Assembly: GCF_009914755.1 (NCBI RefSeq)
Contig: NC_060932.1
Origin: the human T2T-CHM13v2.0 reference genome, Homo sapiens
Length of the DNA: 64,000 nucleotides
Strand: one strand, 5' to 3'
The notes beneath the pieces were generated by a model that saw nothing but the letters and a program-made list of their open reading frames with translations, made no database searches and was not told the DNA's origin. Below, one piece after another: positions 1 to 11,976 of the stretch (position 1 is the stretch's first letter; each line of letters begins with the position of its first letter). Both the position numbers and the translations under genes were made by a program.

Positions 1-759
1 GGAATAAAGTAGATATAAACCCTGCCATCATAGAACTTAGTGTTTAGTGTGGAAGAACTTGATTTACATAATTATTTTCTTCAGAAAGTAGAATTCAAGT
101 TGTCCTAGCCAGAAGAGAAGAGGAGAAACAGATCGAAAACCAGGCTGGATGAGACAAGTGCAAGTAGGAAGAAGTCTGGACTATATATACTAAAGGAGAG
201 AGAGCAGAGACAAAGATGTAAATGACATATGATCTTGTTTCATGATGAAATGGCAATAGGATCCAGAAGACATGTGATAGTACTATAGATCGGTAGAAGT
301 GGTTGGTGTAATATGAACTTCCAAGTGGCTACAAAACAGAGTGAAATTAATAAGATAATAGTTTCTGAAAGAGGCAAGGTTTTGCATACTGTTTGAAAGA
401 AGTGGTAGAGGGCATGAAGGTTTTTCTTGTCAAATTTGTCTAGGTTTAGGGAAGAGCATCACAAAGCAAGGCCACGTGTAACTTGGGTACAGATCTTTCA
501 AGAGGTAATGATAGCAGATGTGCTCTGCGGTGTCTGAGGAAATATAACAGGAAGTAAGGAGAAATGAGGTCAGAGGAGAGAGAGGACTAGGAAAAAACAT
601 GATGAATGCCAGGCAGCCATGTTTTAAATGAAGAAGAGAAATATGAGCAAGGAACATGTAGATAAGAGTGATGTGGGAGAAAAATAATTCTTGCTGCTGT
701 GCTCCAGATATGGAAATTAATTATTATTATGAATAGAATACTAATATGGCTATTCATGC

Positions 760-1073
760 TTTTGCTTTTTTGCTTTTTGTTTTTTGTTTTTTGAGGCAGG
801 GTTTCACTTTGTTGCCCAGGATGGAGTGCAATGGCACCATCATAACTCACTGCAGCCTCAATTTTCTAGGTTCAGGTGATTCTGCCACCTCAGCCTTACA
901 AGTAGCTGGGACTACAGCACACACCACCACGCCTGGTTAATTTTTTGTATTTTTTGTAGAGACAGGATTTTGCCATGTTGCCCATGCTGGTCTCAAACTC
1001 CTAGGCTCAAGCAATCCGCACAACTCAGCTGCCCAAAGTGCTGGGATTATAGGTGTGAGCCACTGCACCCAGC
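760..1073 (-). mobile_element. Alu SINE, old (AluJ-like)
   Basis: Degenerate T-rich tail, both arms in reverse orientation, ending cactgcacccagc; J-type catcataactcactgcagcctc and ggctcaagcaatcc. Confidence 0.92.
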
Positions 1074-2424
1074 TTGCTTTTTTGTTTTCTATTTTTGTTT
1101 CACTGTAGCATTAATGAAACTCCACAGGCTAATAATAACCATTTACTACATAACATTATTTGAAAGGAGCAAATACAAGACAAAAAACTAAAGTAATTTT
1201 TCAGCTTCTTTTTATTATCTATACAGTTTGAAACAAACAGGTTTTAGTATCTTCTCTCAGACAATCAACTACTACTTTTTCAATTTGTTTTGTTCTAAGC
1301 TCTAAGTGATATGTTGGTGCTTCTTACAATAAAAATTGTTCATCAAATAATATTTTTGGAAGAATGAATTTGGTGGATAATTTTCTCTCCTTTGCAACAT
1401 GTTTTCATAGTGAGGACGTTTCTATTACTGTAGCACATTGGTCACTTTATTTACTCCTTTCCATAAAAAAAAAAGGAAATAGCTTAATTAGGGAGGTTTG
1501 CAAAAAGGAACTGGTCATGTGTGATTGAACTCCTTTCTCTCTCTCCTGTTTTTGCATTCAACTTCTTCTGAGAAGCCCTGATTCATCTCTGATCTGCTAT
1601 GCCATAACTTTTATAAGTGTGGACCTCTAGAAAGAAAGCTTATATTTGTGTGGGCAAGCATATGTCTAAATTTTGGCCATAATATTAGTCAAACTATTGT
1701 TACAATACACCATCAGCTTGACACCTATGTTTTTGAACTTGGATGGGAAATAAGAATATTATTTTCTATCTCCATCAAACCCTAGGATGAATGAAGTTAA
1801 AAGAAAATACAAGCTATTTCCTAAAACACTTATGTTTTATCTCCAGGCTTGAGTATTTTATAATTAATTGGAAATATTCTGGAAAGAGGTTATCATTGGT
1901 TATATATATTTGGGATTCACTATTCTAAGGTAATATTTAAATCTGTAAGGGACTAAGGTGTCCAGAAAATAATATAAAGGATGGAAAGAGAAGAGGACCA
2001 AGGGAAGAGTTTTGTGGTTGAAGTCATGGACTGTGAGGCAAGAAGTGAACACAGGAGGTGTCTGTTAATAGAATGGAATAAAAGTGAGATGCAAAGTGGT
2101 ATGCAAAGGACAAGAGTGATATTAAGGAAGTTGAGAGCATAGAAGCAAAAGACATAGGGAAAGCAATTTGGCATTTACGATTTTAAATATACAGCAATTC
2201 AGTGTAACACGTAGGCCATGGATATAGTTGTGGAAGTAGTAGTTGAAGTACTCATGGTGATAACTACTGATACTGAGGAAGATAAGGAATTGGAAATCTA
2301 CAGTTTTGGATGAGTTATCTCTACCATATCCTAGTAATTGAGTATGATAGCAGGTTTTTGTGTGAAGTGGCTAGATTTTAGCAACATTCCATACTCTTAA
2401 AGAATGAATAAAATTAATCTTATC

Positions 2425-2620
2425 TCTATTGAATGTCTGTTAAATGCCAGACATGATTCTAGGCACTGGTGATTTGACAGTAAACATTGCTGTCAAGTTT
2501 CCTGATTTTCTTCTGTTTATATTGTAAGTCAGAATGAAATAATACATAAATTAACATGGAAAAAGTCTCATGCTGATAAGCTTCATGTAGAGTTTAATAA
2601 GAGCTGTGATACAAAGTGAC
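2425..2620 (-). mobile_element. L2 LINE 3' fragment
   Basis: attgaatgtctgttaaatgccagacatgattctaggcactgg resembles the reverse-strand L2 3' end; highly diverged. Confidence 0.55.
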
Positions 2621-2624
2621 AGTG

Positions 2625-2980
2625 TAATATGGTTTGGCTCTGTGTCCCCACCCAAATCTCATCTCAAATTGTAATCCCCACATGTCGAGGGAGGGACCTG
2701 CTGGGAGGTGATTGGATCAGGGGAGGCAGTTTCCTTCATGCTGTTCTTGGTGATAGTGAGTGAGTCCTCATGAGATCTAATTCTTTAAAAGTGTAGCACT
2801 TCCCCACTCAACTGCAGTCATGTAAGACTTGGCTTGCTTCCCCTTCAGCTTCTGTCATGATTGTAGGTTTCCTGAGGCCTCCTCAGCCATGCAGAACTGT
2901 GAGTCAATTCAACCTTTTTTCTTTATAAATTACCAAGTCTCAGGTGGTTCTTTGTAGCAGTGCGAAAACAAACTAATACA
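2625..2980 (+). mobile_element. Solo MaLR LTR, THE1D-like
   Basis: taatatggtttggctctgtgtccccacccaaatctcatctc...aactaataca; perfect 5-bp TSD CAGTG (2620-2624 and 2981-2985). Confidence 0.92.
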
Positions 2981-4075
2981 CAGTGTGACTGGTACTGGAG
3001 AAGGTGTCTGTGTAAATAAGTAATGCCTTAGATTGATAAAAGTCAATGCTGGGTTGGGTAGAACATGTCACGCACCCCACAGGAAGATGGGTTCTGGGTC
3101 CACCAATTCTGTTGTTCCAGGAATTGATTCCAGGAATAATGGCTCTGCCTTTCCCTTCTGAGAAAGGAACAAGCAAGCCTCTTAACTTGGTCATATTTAT
3201 TTGTCAGTAAGTTTATATATGTTTTCAACAGTGTGGGACTTGATGACTAAATACATGTAAGTCAGGAAAAGGAGTCATGTTTCAATCTTTTTAGAATATT
3301 AGAAATGTACATCATTGCAAGTTATATAGTTTGAGTTGGGCATATTTTCCATTAACTTTAAAAGATGAGGAAATTGAGTCCCTGAAAAATGAGTCATTTA
3401 AAGCAGCATGTTGATTCTGGTGCTCAGCCCAGGCCAAGGTTAAGCTTTCTCATTCTATTTTATAACATTGGCATGTTCAGACTCCTCCAACTAAGCCAAA
3501 GAGACATTTCTGGCTAATTTTGTATTATATATTGAACACTTATATTGCAGTGGCCACTGGATGGATTGACAATGAGAAATTAGGCTGTTAGAATACACAA
3601 TGACTAACCACTAATATACAGTCAAAGAAAACAATGTCAAACACCCAGAAATACACAATTTGGACTACATTTTAAAGGCATATTGAGGGCCCATCTCATA
3701 GAATCAAAATGGCAGCTCACCAAAAGCATATTTATTTGGGCTTTGGCCATTTAGAAAAATGTAAGTTCCAAAGGCAATCACTTCAAGCACATATGGATTC
3801 TCTTTTTCCTTTGTTTCAACCGTCTCTGTTTTCTGCTTAGTTGTCAAAGGTAACTTGTACTAGCAAATAAAAGATGCAAATATAGCATTACATAGTAGAA
3901 AAATATTAGAGTAATGAGAGTAATGTTTTCCACATTATTTAGAGATAGTGAAGGGAATAAGTACCTGTATTTTACCAATGATAATTAGTGCTTTAGCAAA
4001 ATTCATAAACTCTGGTAAGAAAGTTGCTTAATCAGTAAAAAGCTGAAAGCCTGTCAGAGTCTTAGATAAAGATAG

Positions 4076-4437
4076 CAGTATGGTTTAGCTCTGTGTCCCC
4101 ATCCAAAACTCCTATTGAATTATAATCTTCAGTGTTGGGGGAGGGGCCTTATGGGAGGTGATTGGATCATGCGGGCAGTTTCCCATTTGCTGTTCTCATG
4201 AGATCTGGCTGTTTGAAGGTATGTAGCACTTCCTCCTTTGTTCTCTCTCTCCTGCTGGCCAGGTGAAAATGTGTCTGCCTTCCCTTTGCCTTCTGCCATG
4301 TTTGTAAGTTTCCTGAGGCCGCCTCAGTTATGCTTCCTTTGCAGTCTGTAGAATAATGAGTCAATTAAACCTCTTTTCTTTATAAATTGCCCAGTCTCAG
4401 GTATGACTTTAGAGCAGTGTGAGAATGGACTAATACA
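4076..4437 (+). mobile_element. Solo MaLR LTR, MSTA-like
   Basis: tatggtttagctctgtgtccccatccaaa...gagaatggactaataca; 5-bp TSD GATAG on both sides. Confidence 0.9.
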
Positions 4438-4457
4438 GATAGAAAGCATGTACTGTT

Positions 4458-4756
4458 GTCTGGGTGTGGTGGCTCACTCCTGTAATCCCAGCACTTTGGG
4501 AGGCTGAGGCAGGCGGATCATGAGGTCAGGAGATCAAGATCATCCTGGCCAACATGGTGAAAACCTGTCTCTACTAAAAGATAAAAAATTAGCTGGTCGT
4601 GGTGGGACGAGCCTGTAGTCCCAGCTACTCAGGAGGCTGAGGCGGGGGAATTGCTTGAATCTGAGAGGTGGAGGTTGCAGTGAGCCTAGATCTCACTACT
4701 GTGCTCCAGCCTGGTGACTGAGTGAGATTCTGTCTTAAAAAAAAAAAAAAAAAAAA
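4458..4756 (+). mobile_element. Alu SINE (AluSc-like)
   Basis: Full dimer with poly-A tail; 15-bp TSD aaagcatgtactgtt; gagatcaagatcatcctggcc and cctggtgac are Sc-type. Confidence 0.95.
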
Positions 4757-5321
4757 AAAGCATGTACTGTTTATGTTTATTTATAGAGATTGCAAATAGT
4801 GTATAAAATCATTGTATAAGGGTTTTGATGAACTTGAAACCAAAACAGCAGAAATTAGGCTTTATGAAAAGGTCTTCATCTGTGAAGAGAATGAGTGAAA
4901 GATTTGAGCTTTGGATATTTTGCTAGACTAAGAGAGGACATCTGATAACCCTCACAAGATGTATGCATGTTCTCACTTGAAGTCCTGTAAGCACCTCAAA
5001 GGAATGGAGTAGGGAAGGGGAAGTGGCTAATAAATGTGTACTTAGGTTCAACTGTATATTTATTGAGGGCCTATAATAAACAAAAACAAATTAGACTTGG
5101 TCTATGCCATCAGGCATTTATATCCAAAAGAGAAAGACAGGCCTATAAAAAGATATTTTGAATAAAATATCAACATGGGGATAACAGAGGTTTGCTGAGG
5201 TTGTTAATGGAACATGTGGGTGGCGGGGGGGTGGGGGTCACCCAACCTAGAGTAGTCAGGGAAGATTTCCTTGGAAGGCTGTGTATTAGCAACAGTTTGT
5301 TAATTTCTCCTCAAATTGTTC

Positions 5322-5473
5322 TTTTTAGTGACAGGGTCTCCCTCCAACACCCAGCTAGAATGTAGTGGCGAGATCATAGCTCACTGCAGCCTTGAACTCT
5401 TGGGATCAAGAGGTCCTCCTGCCTCAGCCTCCTGAGTAGCTGGGACTACAGACATGCACCACCACATCTGGCC
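5322..5473 (-). mobile_element. Free Alu monomer (FRAM-like)
   Basis: Single right-arm-type monomer ending ...cacatctggcc, flanked by ctcaaattgt/ctcaaaattgt. Confidence 0.8.
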
Positions 5474-6413
5474 CTCAAAATTGTCCTTCTATTTGTGATA
5501 TAGAGTAATTTAAAATGAAATAATAGCATCAGTCAGTGTTTAGAATGGGAAAGAGTCTTCAAAATCTATTGAACCAGATTCAGGGAGGTTTAATTCTTGA
5601 GCCCAAGACAGTCTGTGACAATGGCCAAGACAAATTGAGCCATTACATGATATATAAGGTTCCAAACACATTTTCACAAGTGCCCAAGGGCAACCCAGGC
5701 TAATTGTAATATAGCCAATGTATTTTGTTTGATTAAATTTACTTAGCATTATTATAAAAAGCCAGTAAAGCTGATGAGGAGAGAATCATTTTTACCTTCA
5801 AAAACATGGACTTCAAATGTTTTCTTGGGCACACCATTTTTAAAATTTAGAATTATCTGTCTTTTCCCCTCAAGAATAGCCCTGTCTACAGCCCTCAAAA
5901 CCAACTTCACTTAACATCATTTATTTAAGTTCTATTAAACTTTCCCAAATCTATTAGTCAACAAATAATTATTTGGCATAAAAATACTTTCCTCAAATAA
6001 TCTTTCATCTAGTTATAAAAGTAAGTAAGTTTGTATATTAGCTCAAGATCAATTAAAAATATTAAAATTAAAAATCAATAAAAAATTAAAGATATGCAAA
6101 TGTATATACATATATCCTCAATCTATTTATGCTCAGGAGATTATACAAATATGTTTAGCACTCACATTTCAGAATGTACTATGGTATCTACCTCCCCTTT
6201 GTGGGAATAAAAGATTCCTCCAGCTCAAGTGCTCAGGTACACTTGTTTGGCAAAATGATGTACACGTAAATACATGAGGAGCCCACTTTGATGTCAAAGG
6301 TATATCATTTTTGGGTTTTCATCTGCTTTTTTATAACTTATTTTATTTTTGTGGCTTTTTTATCTGCTTTTTGACTTTGGAAATAATCAAAGAAAAAAAA
6401 CCCTCTTTTTAAT

Positions 6414-6889
6414 ATATTGCTTTCTATTGCTGCTCTAATAAATTACCAAAAATTTAATGACGTACATGGTTTAATTACCAAAACATATTTATTTTACATT
6501 TCTGGAAGTCACAATCCTAAATGAGTCGTACAAGGCTAAAATCATCAGAAGTCACTGTTTCCCCTGAAGGGTTCAGGAGGAATCTGTTTTCTTGCCTATT
6601 CCAGTTTCTAGAGGCTATCTGCTTTTCTTGACCCATTACCCTGCATCACTCCAACCTTTGATCCATTGCTGTATCTTCATCTTTGACTCTGACCCTCCTG
6701 CCCTCCTCTTATAAAGACCCTTGTGATCACATTCAGTCCACTCAGATAATCTGGGATTTTCTCCCAATCTGAAGCTCCTTAAATTAACTATGTTTGTAAA
6801 GCTGTTTTTGTGACATAAAATAACGCATTTACAGATTTCAGAGATTAGAATGGCTATCTTTGGGGATCTATTATTCAGACTGCCATACA
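6414..6889 (-). mobile_element. MaLR LTR, MLT1C/D-like
   Basis: tttctattgctgctctaataaattacc...ctcttataaagacccttgtgatcacatt...attattcagactgccataca. Confidence 0.8.
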
Positions 6890-7609
6890 ATAACTTAAGA
6901 ATAAAAGAATAAAAATTCATTAAGAATAAAAAGAATAAAAATTAATAATTTTTGAGAAAACAATAGCTTTGAAAGAAATAACTATGAAGGATTCTTTTTT
7001 TCCCTCAAAACACACACACACAAAAGAAACAAAGGCATCAGAATATCTTCTTATAAATAACACAATATAAACCCAGTGCAAATGAAATATAGGATTTTAA
7101 GCTTCTTCCAGGAAGTAGATGAACCTTTGCCAAGTAAGTAATAATTTCTAGTTTGGTCAAGGACAAATAAAAAGCCAGTCCACTATTTGATGAAACTATT
7201 TAATACGCATGTAGAGAAAAGCTCATTTAAAAGCACATTACCTGCCAAAATAAAATTACAGTTGTAACCTACCAATATGAAATTAGACAGAAATTTCAAA
7301 TCTAATTTAGAATCATGAGCTTGGAGGAATTACAGGCAACACAATGTTCTAAATGTGCAAGACAGATGCTTATTTGTGCCAGAGGTCAATGCTCAATTAT
7401 ACTCTGAATGTCATCAGCTAGGATGCTACAAGGCGGGGGAGAAGTGGAATGGAAAAGGAAGATCAGATATTAAAATACTAACGAAAATGAGAAAAATCAA
7501 ATCAAATAAAGTGATCTCCAAAGAAACCAAAGAAGAAGAAAAGCAAAACAAAACAAACTACAAATCACTGTCTACAGGGCTAATAATTCTGAGTATAGGA
7601 GAGAGGTAA

Positions 7610-7830
7610 GACATTGACATTCATTGAATATTCTACCATGTGTTTGACACTCAGCATGAATTATTTAATTTAATTCTTTTGGAAATTCTGTGAGATAGAC
7701 ATATTCATGCCCATTATATAGATGAGGACCCCAGAGAACAAAGATATAGTGTTGAGGCGAATGTCACATAGCATATTTGGCAGCACAGAAAGCATTCTAA
7801 GTTGGGTCTTTTGCTTCCAATGCCCTTATT
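7610..7830 (-). mobile_element. MIR SINE
   Basis: cccattatatagatgaggaccccagag resembles the reversed MIR core. Confidence 0.6.
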
Positions 7831-7921
7831 TTTGGCACACTATTTTATGCTGTCATAAATTTTCTGGAAAAAATTTTCAGTATTGCACTTCTTTTACATT
7901 GAAAGATACACCTAAAACATA

Positions 7922-7966
7922 TTAAGTTGGTGCAAAAGTAATTAACCATAATTACTTTTTCTAATA
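7922..7966. mobile_element. MADE1 (Hsmar1 MITE) remnant, internally deleted
   Basis: ttaagttggtgcaaaagtaatt matches the Hsmar1/MADE1 TIR, followed by a partial opposite TIR aattactttt...ctaa with TA flanks. Confidence 0.7.
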
Positions 7967-8599
7967 GTATTTTTTTCAAGTTTACCATAGTGATTAAAAA
8001 AAAACCCTATTGTTAGAGATAATATTGTGATGGGTAGATATGGTACCTAATATAATATGTCAAAAAATTGTCTCTTTTGCCTACACTCTCAAAATAAAAA
8101 CAAAAACCATTTTTAAAAAAAACCCTAACCCTAACCAAACAAATAAAAAATCTCTATCAAGTGCTAGGTACTGTTTTAGGAGCTAAATATCCAAGGATGA
8201 ACAAGGCAGGTAGAGCTCCTTGATGAGTCACTATTTCTGTGGGGAGTAAATATAAATGATTATATTAAAATTAATAATAAAGTGGGATGATTATCATGAT
8301 AAGTTTGAGTTAGTTATGCAGAGAAGGGCAGCTAACTTAGTTTCTAGAGAGGTGGAGATGCCTTCCCAGACGAAATGGCATTTGCAATCCAAACGGTAGT
8401 TAGGAGTTAGCTCTGAGTTAAGGTAGAGGCTCGCTAGGGGATGTTACTAATTCTTCTTTATATTTCAAGCACCGCTAGTCAAGTATCTGATGCATTTAGG
8501 TTTGCAATGAGTACTTGAACTGATTTTAAGAAGGAAATTTATAATGAAGAGAACCATTTATGTTTACAGTTAAGAGGGTATATGATTAAAATCTGTAAG

Positions 8600-10286
8600 T
8601 GAGAGGTGACAGCATGCTGGCAGCCCTCGCAGTCCCCACTTGCTCTTGGCGCCTCCTCAGCCTCATGCCCACTCTGGCCGCGCTTGAGGAGCCCTTCAGC
8701 CTGCTGCTGCACTGTGGGAGCCCCCTCCTGGGATGGCCGAGGCTGGAGCCGGCTCCCTCAGCTTGTGGGGAGGTGTGGAGGGAGAGGCGCGGGAGGGAAC
8801 CGGGGCTGCGCGCGGCGCTTGCGGGCCAGCTAGAGTTCCGGGTGGGCGTGGGCTTGGTGGGCCCCGCACTCAAGAGCAGCCGGCCAGCCCTGCCGGCCCC
8901 GGGCAGTGAAGAGCTTAGCACCCGGGCCAGCAGCTGCGGAGGGTGCGCCCGGTCCCCCAGCAGTGCCGGCCCACTGGCGCTGCACTCGATTTTCTCGCCG
9001 GGCCTTAGCTGCCTCCCCACGGGGCAGGGCTCAGGACCTGCAGCACGCCATGCCTGAGCCTCCTCTGCACACTCCCCTACCCTACCCCCACCGCCCCCCG
9101 CCCCCGCCCCCGCCATGGGCTCCTGTGCAGCCCCAGCCTCCCCGATGAGTGCCACCCCCTGCTCCAGGGCACCCGGTCCCATCCACTGCCCAAGGGCTGA
9201 GGAGTGCAGGCACACAGGAGGACTGGCAGGCAGCTCCACCTGCGCCCCAGTGCGGGATCCACTGGGTGAAGCCGGCTGGGCTCCTGAGTTTAGTGGGGAC
9301 TTGGAGAACCTTTATGTCTAGCTAAGAGATTGTAAATACACCAATCAGCACTCTGTATCTAGCTCAAGGTTTGTAAACACACCAATTAGCACCCTGTGTC
9401 TAGCTCAGGGTTTGTGGATGCACCAATCCGCACTCTGTATCTAGCTAATCTGGTGGGGACTTGGAGAATCTTTATGTCTAGCTAAGGGATTGTGAATACA
9501 CCAATGGGCACTCTGTATCTAGCTCAAGATTTGTAAATGCACCAATCAGCACTCTGTGTCTAGCTCAAGGTTTGTAAATGCACCAATCTGTGCTCTGTGT
9601 CTAGCTGATCTAGTGGGGACTTGGAGAACCTTTATGTCTAGCTAAGGGATTGTGAATACACCAATCAGCACTCTGTATCTAGCTAATCTAGTGGTGACCT
9701 GGAGAACTTTTGTGTCTAGCTCAGGGATTGTAAATGCACCAATCAGCACCCTGTCAAAACGACCAATCAGCTCTCTGTAAAACAGACCAATCAGCTCTCT
9801 GTAAAATGGACCAATCAGCAGGATGCGGGTGGGGCCAGATAAGAGAATAAAAGCAGGCTGCGCCAGCCAGCAGTGGCAACCTGCTGGGGCCCCCTTCAAC
9901 ACTGTGGAAGGTTTATTCTTTCACTCTTTGCAATAAATCTTGCTGCTGCTCACTTTTTGGGTCATTTTTTATGAGCTGTAACACTCACCGCGGAGGTCTG
10001 CAGCTTCACTGCTAAAGCCATGGAGACCACCAACCCACCGGGAGGAACGAACAACTCCAGACGCGCCACCTTAAGAGTTGTAACACTTACCAGGAAGGTC
10101 TGCAGCTTTGCTCCTGAGTCAGCAAGACCATGAACCCACCAGAAGGAAGAAACTGCGAACACATCCGAACATCAGAAGGAACAAATTCCGGACACGCCGC
10201 CTTTAAGAACTGTAACCCTCACAGCAAGGGTCAGCGGCTTTATTCTTGAAGTCAGTGAGACCAAGAACCCACCAATTCCGGACATA
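8600..10286 (+). mobile_element. Complete solo LTR12 (ERV9/HERV9; LTR12C/D/E-type)
   Basis: Starts tgagaggtgacagcatgctggcag, ends ccaagaacccaccaattccggacata; 4-bp TSD TAAG; GC-rich 5' U3, tandem CCAAT repeats and U5 repeats. Confidence 0.97.
9290..9880 (+). promoter_or_regulatory. LTR12 U3 enhancer/promoter with 11 CCAAT (NF-Y) boxes, GATA site and AATAAAA TATA-like box
   Basis: CCAAT at 9341, 9382, 9423, 9501, 9542, 9583, 9661, 9739, 9763, 9787, 9811; agataagagaataaaagcagg with AATAAAA at 9846; LTR polyA signal at 9932. Confidence 0.8.
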
Positions 10287-10529
10287 TAAGGATGTCAAGC
10301 TTGGGATAAAAGGGGATGTTACCTTCTTTCTCACACCCTGGCTTACTAGAACGTGGTACAAGAAATTCTGAAAAAACAAAACAAAAACCACTTTTTAATA
10401 TTTTTAGTAGTATAAAAAAACTGAGACTTACTAGACCTTAGACTAAGACATATTTTACTTCTTTTCAAATTTCCAGTGTGTACCCAGAACATAGGCCAGT
10501 GCTGACCTCGTGTTGCTGTGCCTCTATGG

Positions 10530-10706
10530 CAGTGTTGTCCAATAGACCTTACTGAGGTGATGGAAGTATTCTGCATTAGTCAGTGTGGTATTCATTAGCC
10601 ACATATGGCTACTGAACTCTTGAAAAGTAACTAGTGCAAGAGCTGAATTTTAAGTTTTATTTTACTATAAGAAATATAAGTATAAATCCCTTATTGAACA
10701 GCACAG
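10530..10706. mobile_element. MER3 (hAT-Charlie MITE)
   Basis: cagtgttgtccaatagac...tagccacatatggctactgaactcttgaaa...ttgaacagcacag. Confidence 0.75.
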
Positions 10707-11976
10707 ATCTACAGTAGCATGAAGGAATGGTAGAACATATTATTTTCCAGAGGAGGTTTGGGTTAAAATGTAAAAGGGTTCAGCTGAATCCATAGTCTTA
10801 TTGTTAATATATATGATACGGGGATCATGCTCTTCCATAATAGATTTCAAGGGGTCAGAGTCAAGAACTGAATGTTGCCTAGGAGGCAAAAGGTAGGCAG
10901 TAGTATGGCAATTTATGAGGCTTAACATGTATCTAAGTGTTGAGTGGAGCTTGAATTAAGCTCCATACTGATCTTCCATTTAATATCTATAAACTTTAGG
11001 TAAGTGTTTTAATCTCTTTGAGCGTCAGTATCCTTCCCTAAAAAGTGAGAATATTAATAACCACAAAATAGCATATGTTATTTGAGTAGTTAAGTATCTT
11101 TCATGTATTAAGTCTTTAAGAAAGAGGAGTCAATTATGTTTTCCAAGATTATCTAATTAATTTAAAAGAATAACTGGACCTTTGTGCCTCATTGCATATT
11201 GAGGATTCTTTTATAGGTTCTTTCAGACAAGTCAATAAAGCATAAGTAGGAGTGGCTGTCAAAATGTGGATGGTGAGTTAACTACAGAAAGAAAAAAAAA
11301 CCCAAGTGGTTAATTTCACACTATCCTGAAGAGCCAAAGTGGAACAATAACTGCATTTATCTATTACAAATCATGATTGAAGTTAAGCTGCTGCTAATCC
11401 TTGGAACTATTTAGACTTTCCAAGGGGGAGGGGTGGGAGAAGAAAGAAAAAAAGAGCAAACCCATACAGATCTAGGTAAATCTTTGCAACTGTTTACAAG
11501 ACAAAAAGAAGCTCTCTATAAAAACTGAATATAAACAACATATGTTATTAAACTCAAAACACGTGAAAGAATAAAAGAAAGGCACATATATATTCTCAAT
11601 GTGACGGGCTCTAAGGCAAGTTTTTGGGTAAGTTGAATAAGGCCACAAAAAAGGCCTTGACATCTTTTAAAAATCGTTAAAATACCCCCTTCCCCCCTAA
11701 AGAGGATTTGCCTCTTTAACATGGATGCAAGGCTATAGAATACATTAAATTCTTAGAGCACACATCCATTATCGTGTGGTGGAAACAGCTATAGCTGCTT
11801 AATCTAAATTTATAATTGGATAATTAAGCTCTTTCTTGTGGAACCCCTGGAAACAAATGGGGATTTTCCCCTAAACCTATCTTTTTAGGTTTCTTTACAG
11901 TTTCATTACACTATCATTAAAAAGGACAGTGAATATCATTCATTTTGGAATTAGTCTTTATAAACATGGATTACTC

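Noticed and set aside
5216-5237. G-rich tract gtgggtggcgggggggtggggg (possible G4)
   Set aside because: Isolated tract in decayed L2-like sequence with no supporting context
6896-6947. Short local duplication here, with similar ones at 51764-51800 and 57138-57165
   Set aside because: 13-26 bp slippage events, ordinary for AT-rich primate DNA
8121-8136. aaccctaaccctaacc telomere-like motif
   Set aside because: Fewer than three units inside an A-rich tract; too short to call an interstitial telomere
8586-9321. Long GC-rich ORFs (217 aa minus, 152 aa plus and others)
   Set aside because: Essentially confined to the GC-rich LTR12 U3, where stops are rare; no recognisable protein domain
9290-9820. 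Regular ~41-bp repeats resembling a CRISPR or other novel array
   Set aside because: No unique spacers and no cas genes; this is the known LTR12 U3 tandem enhancer
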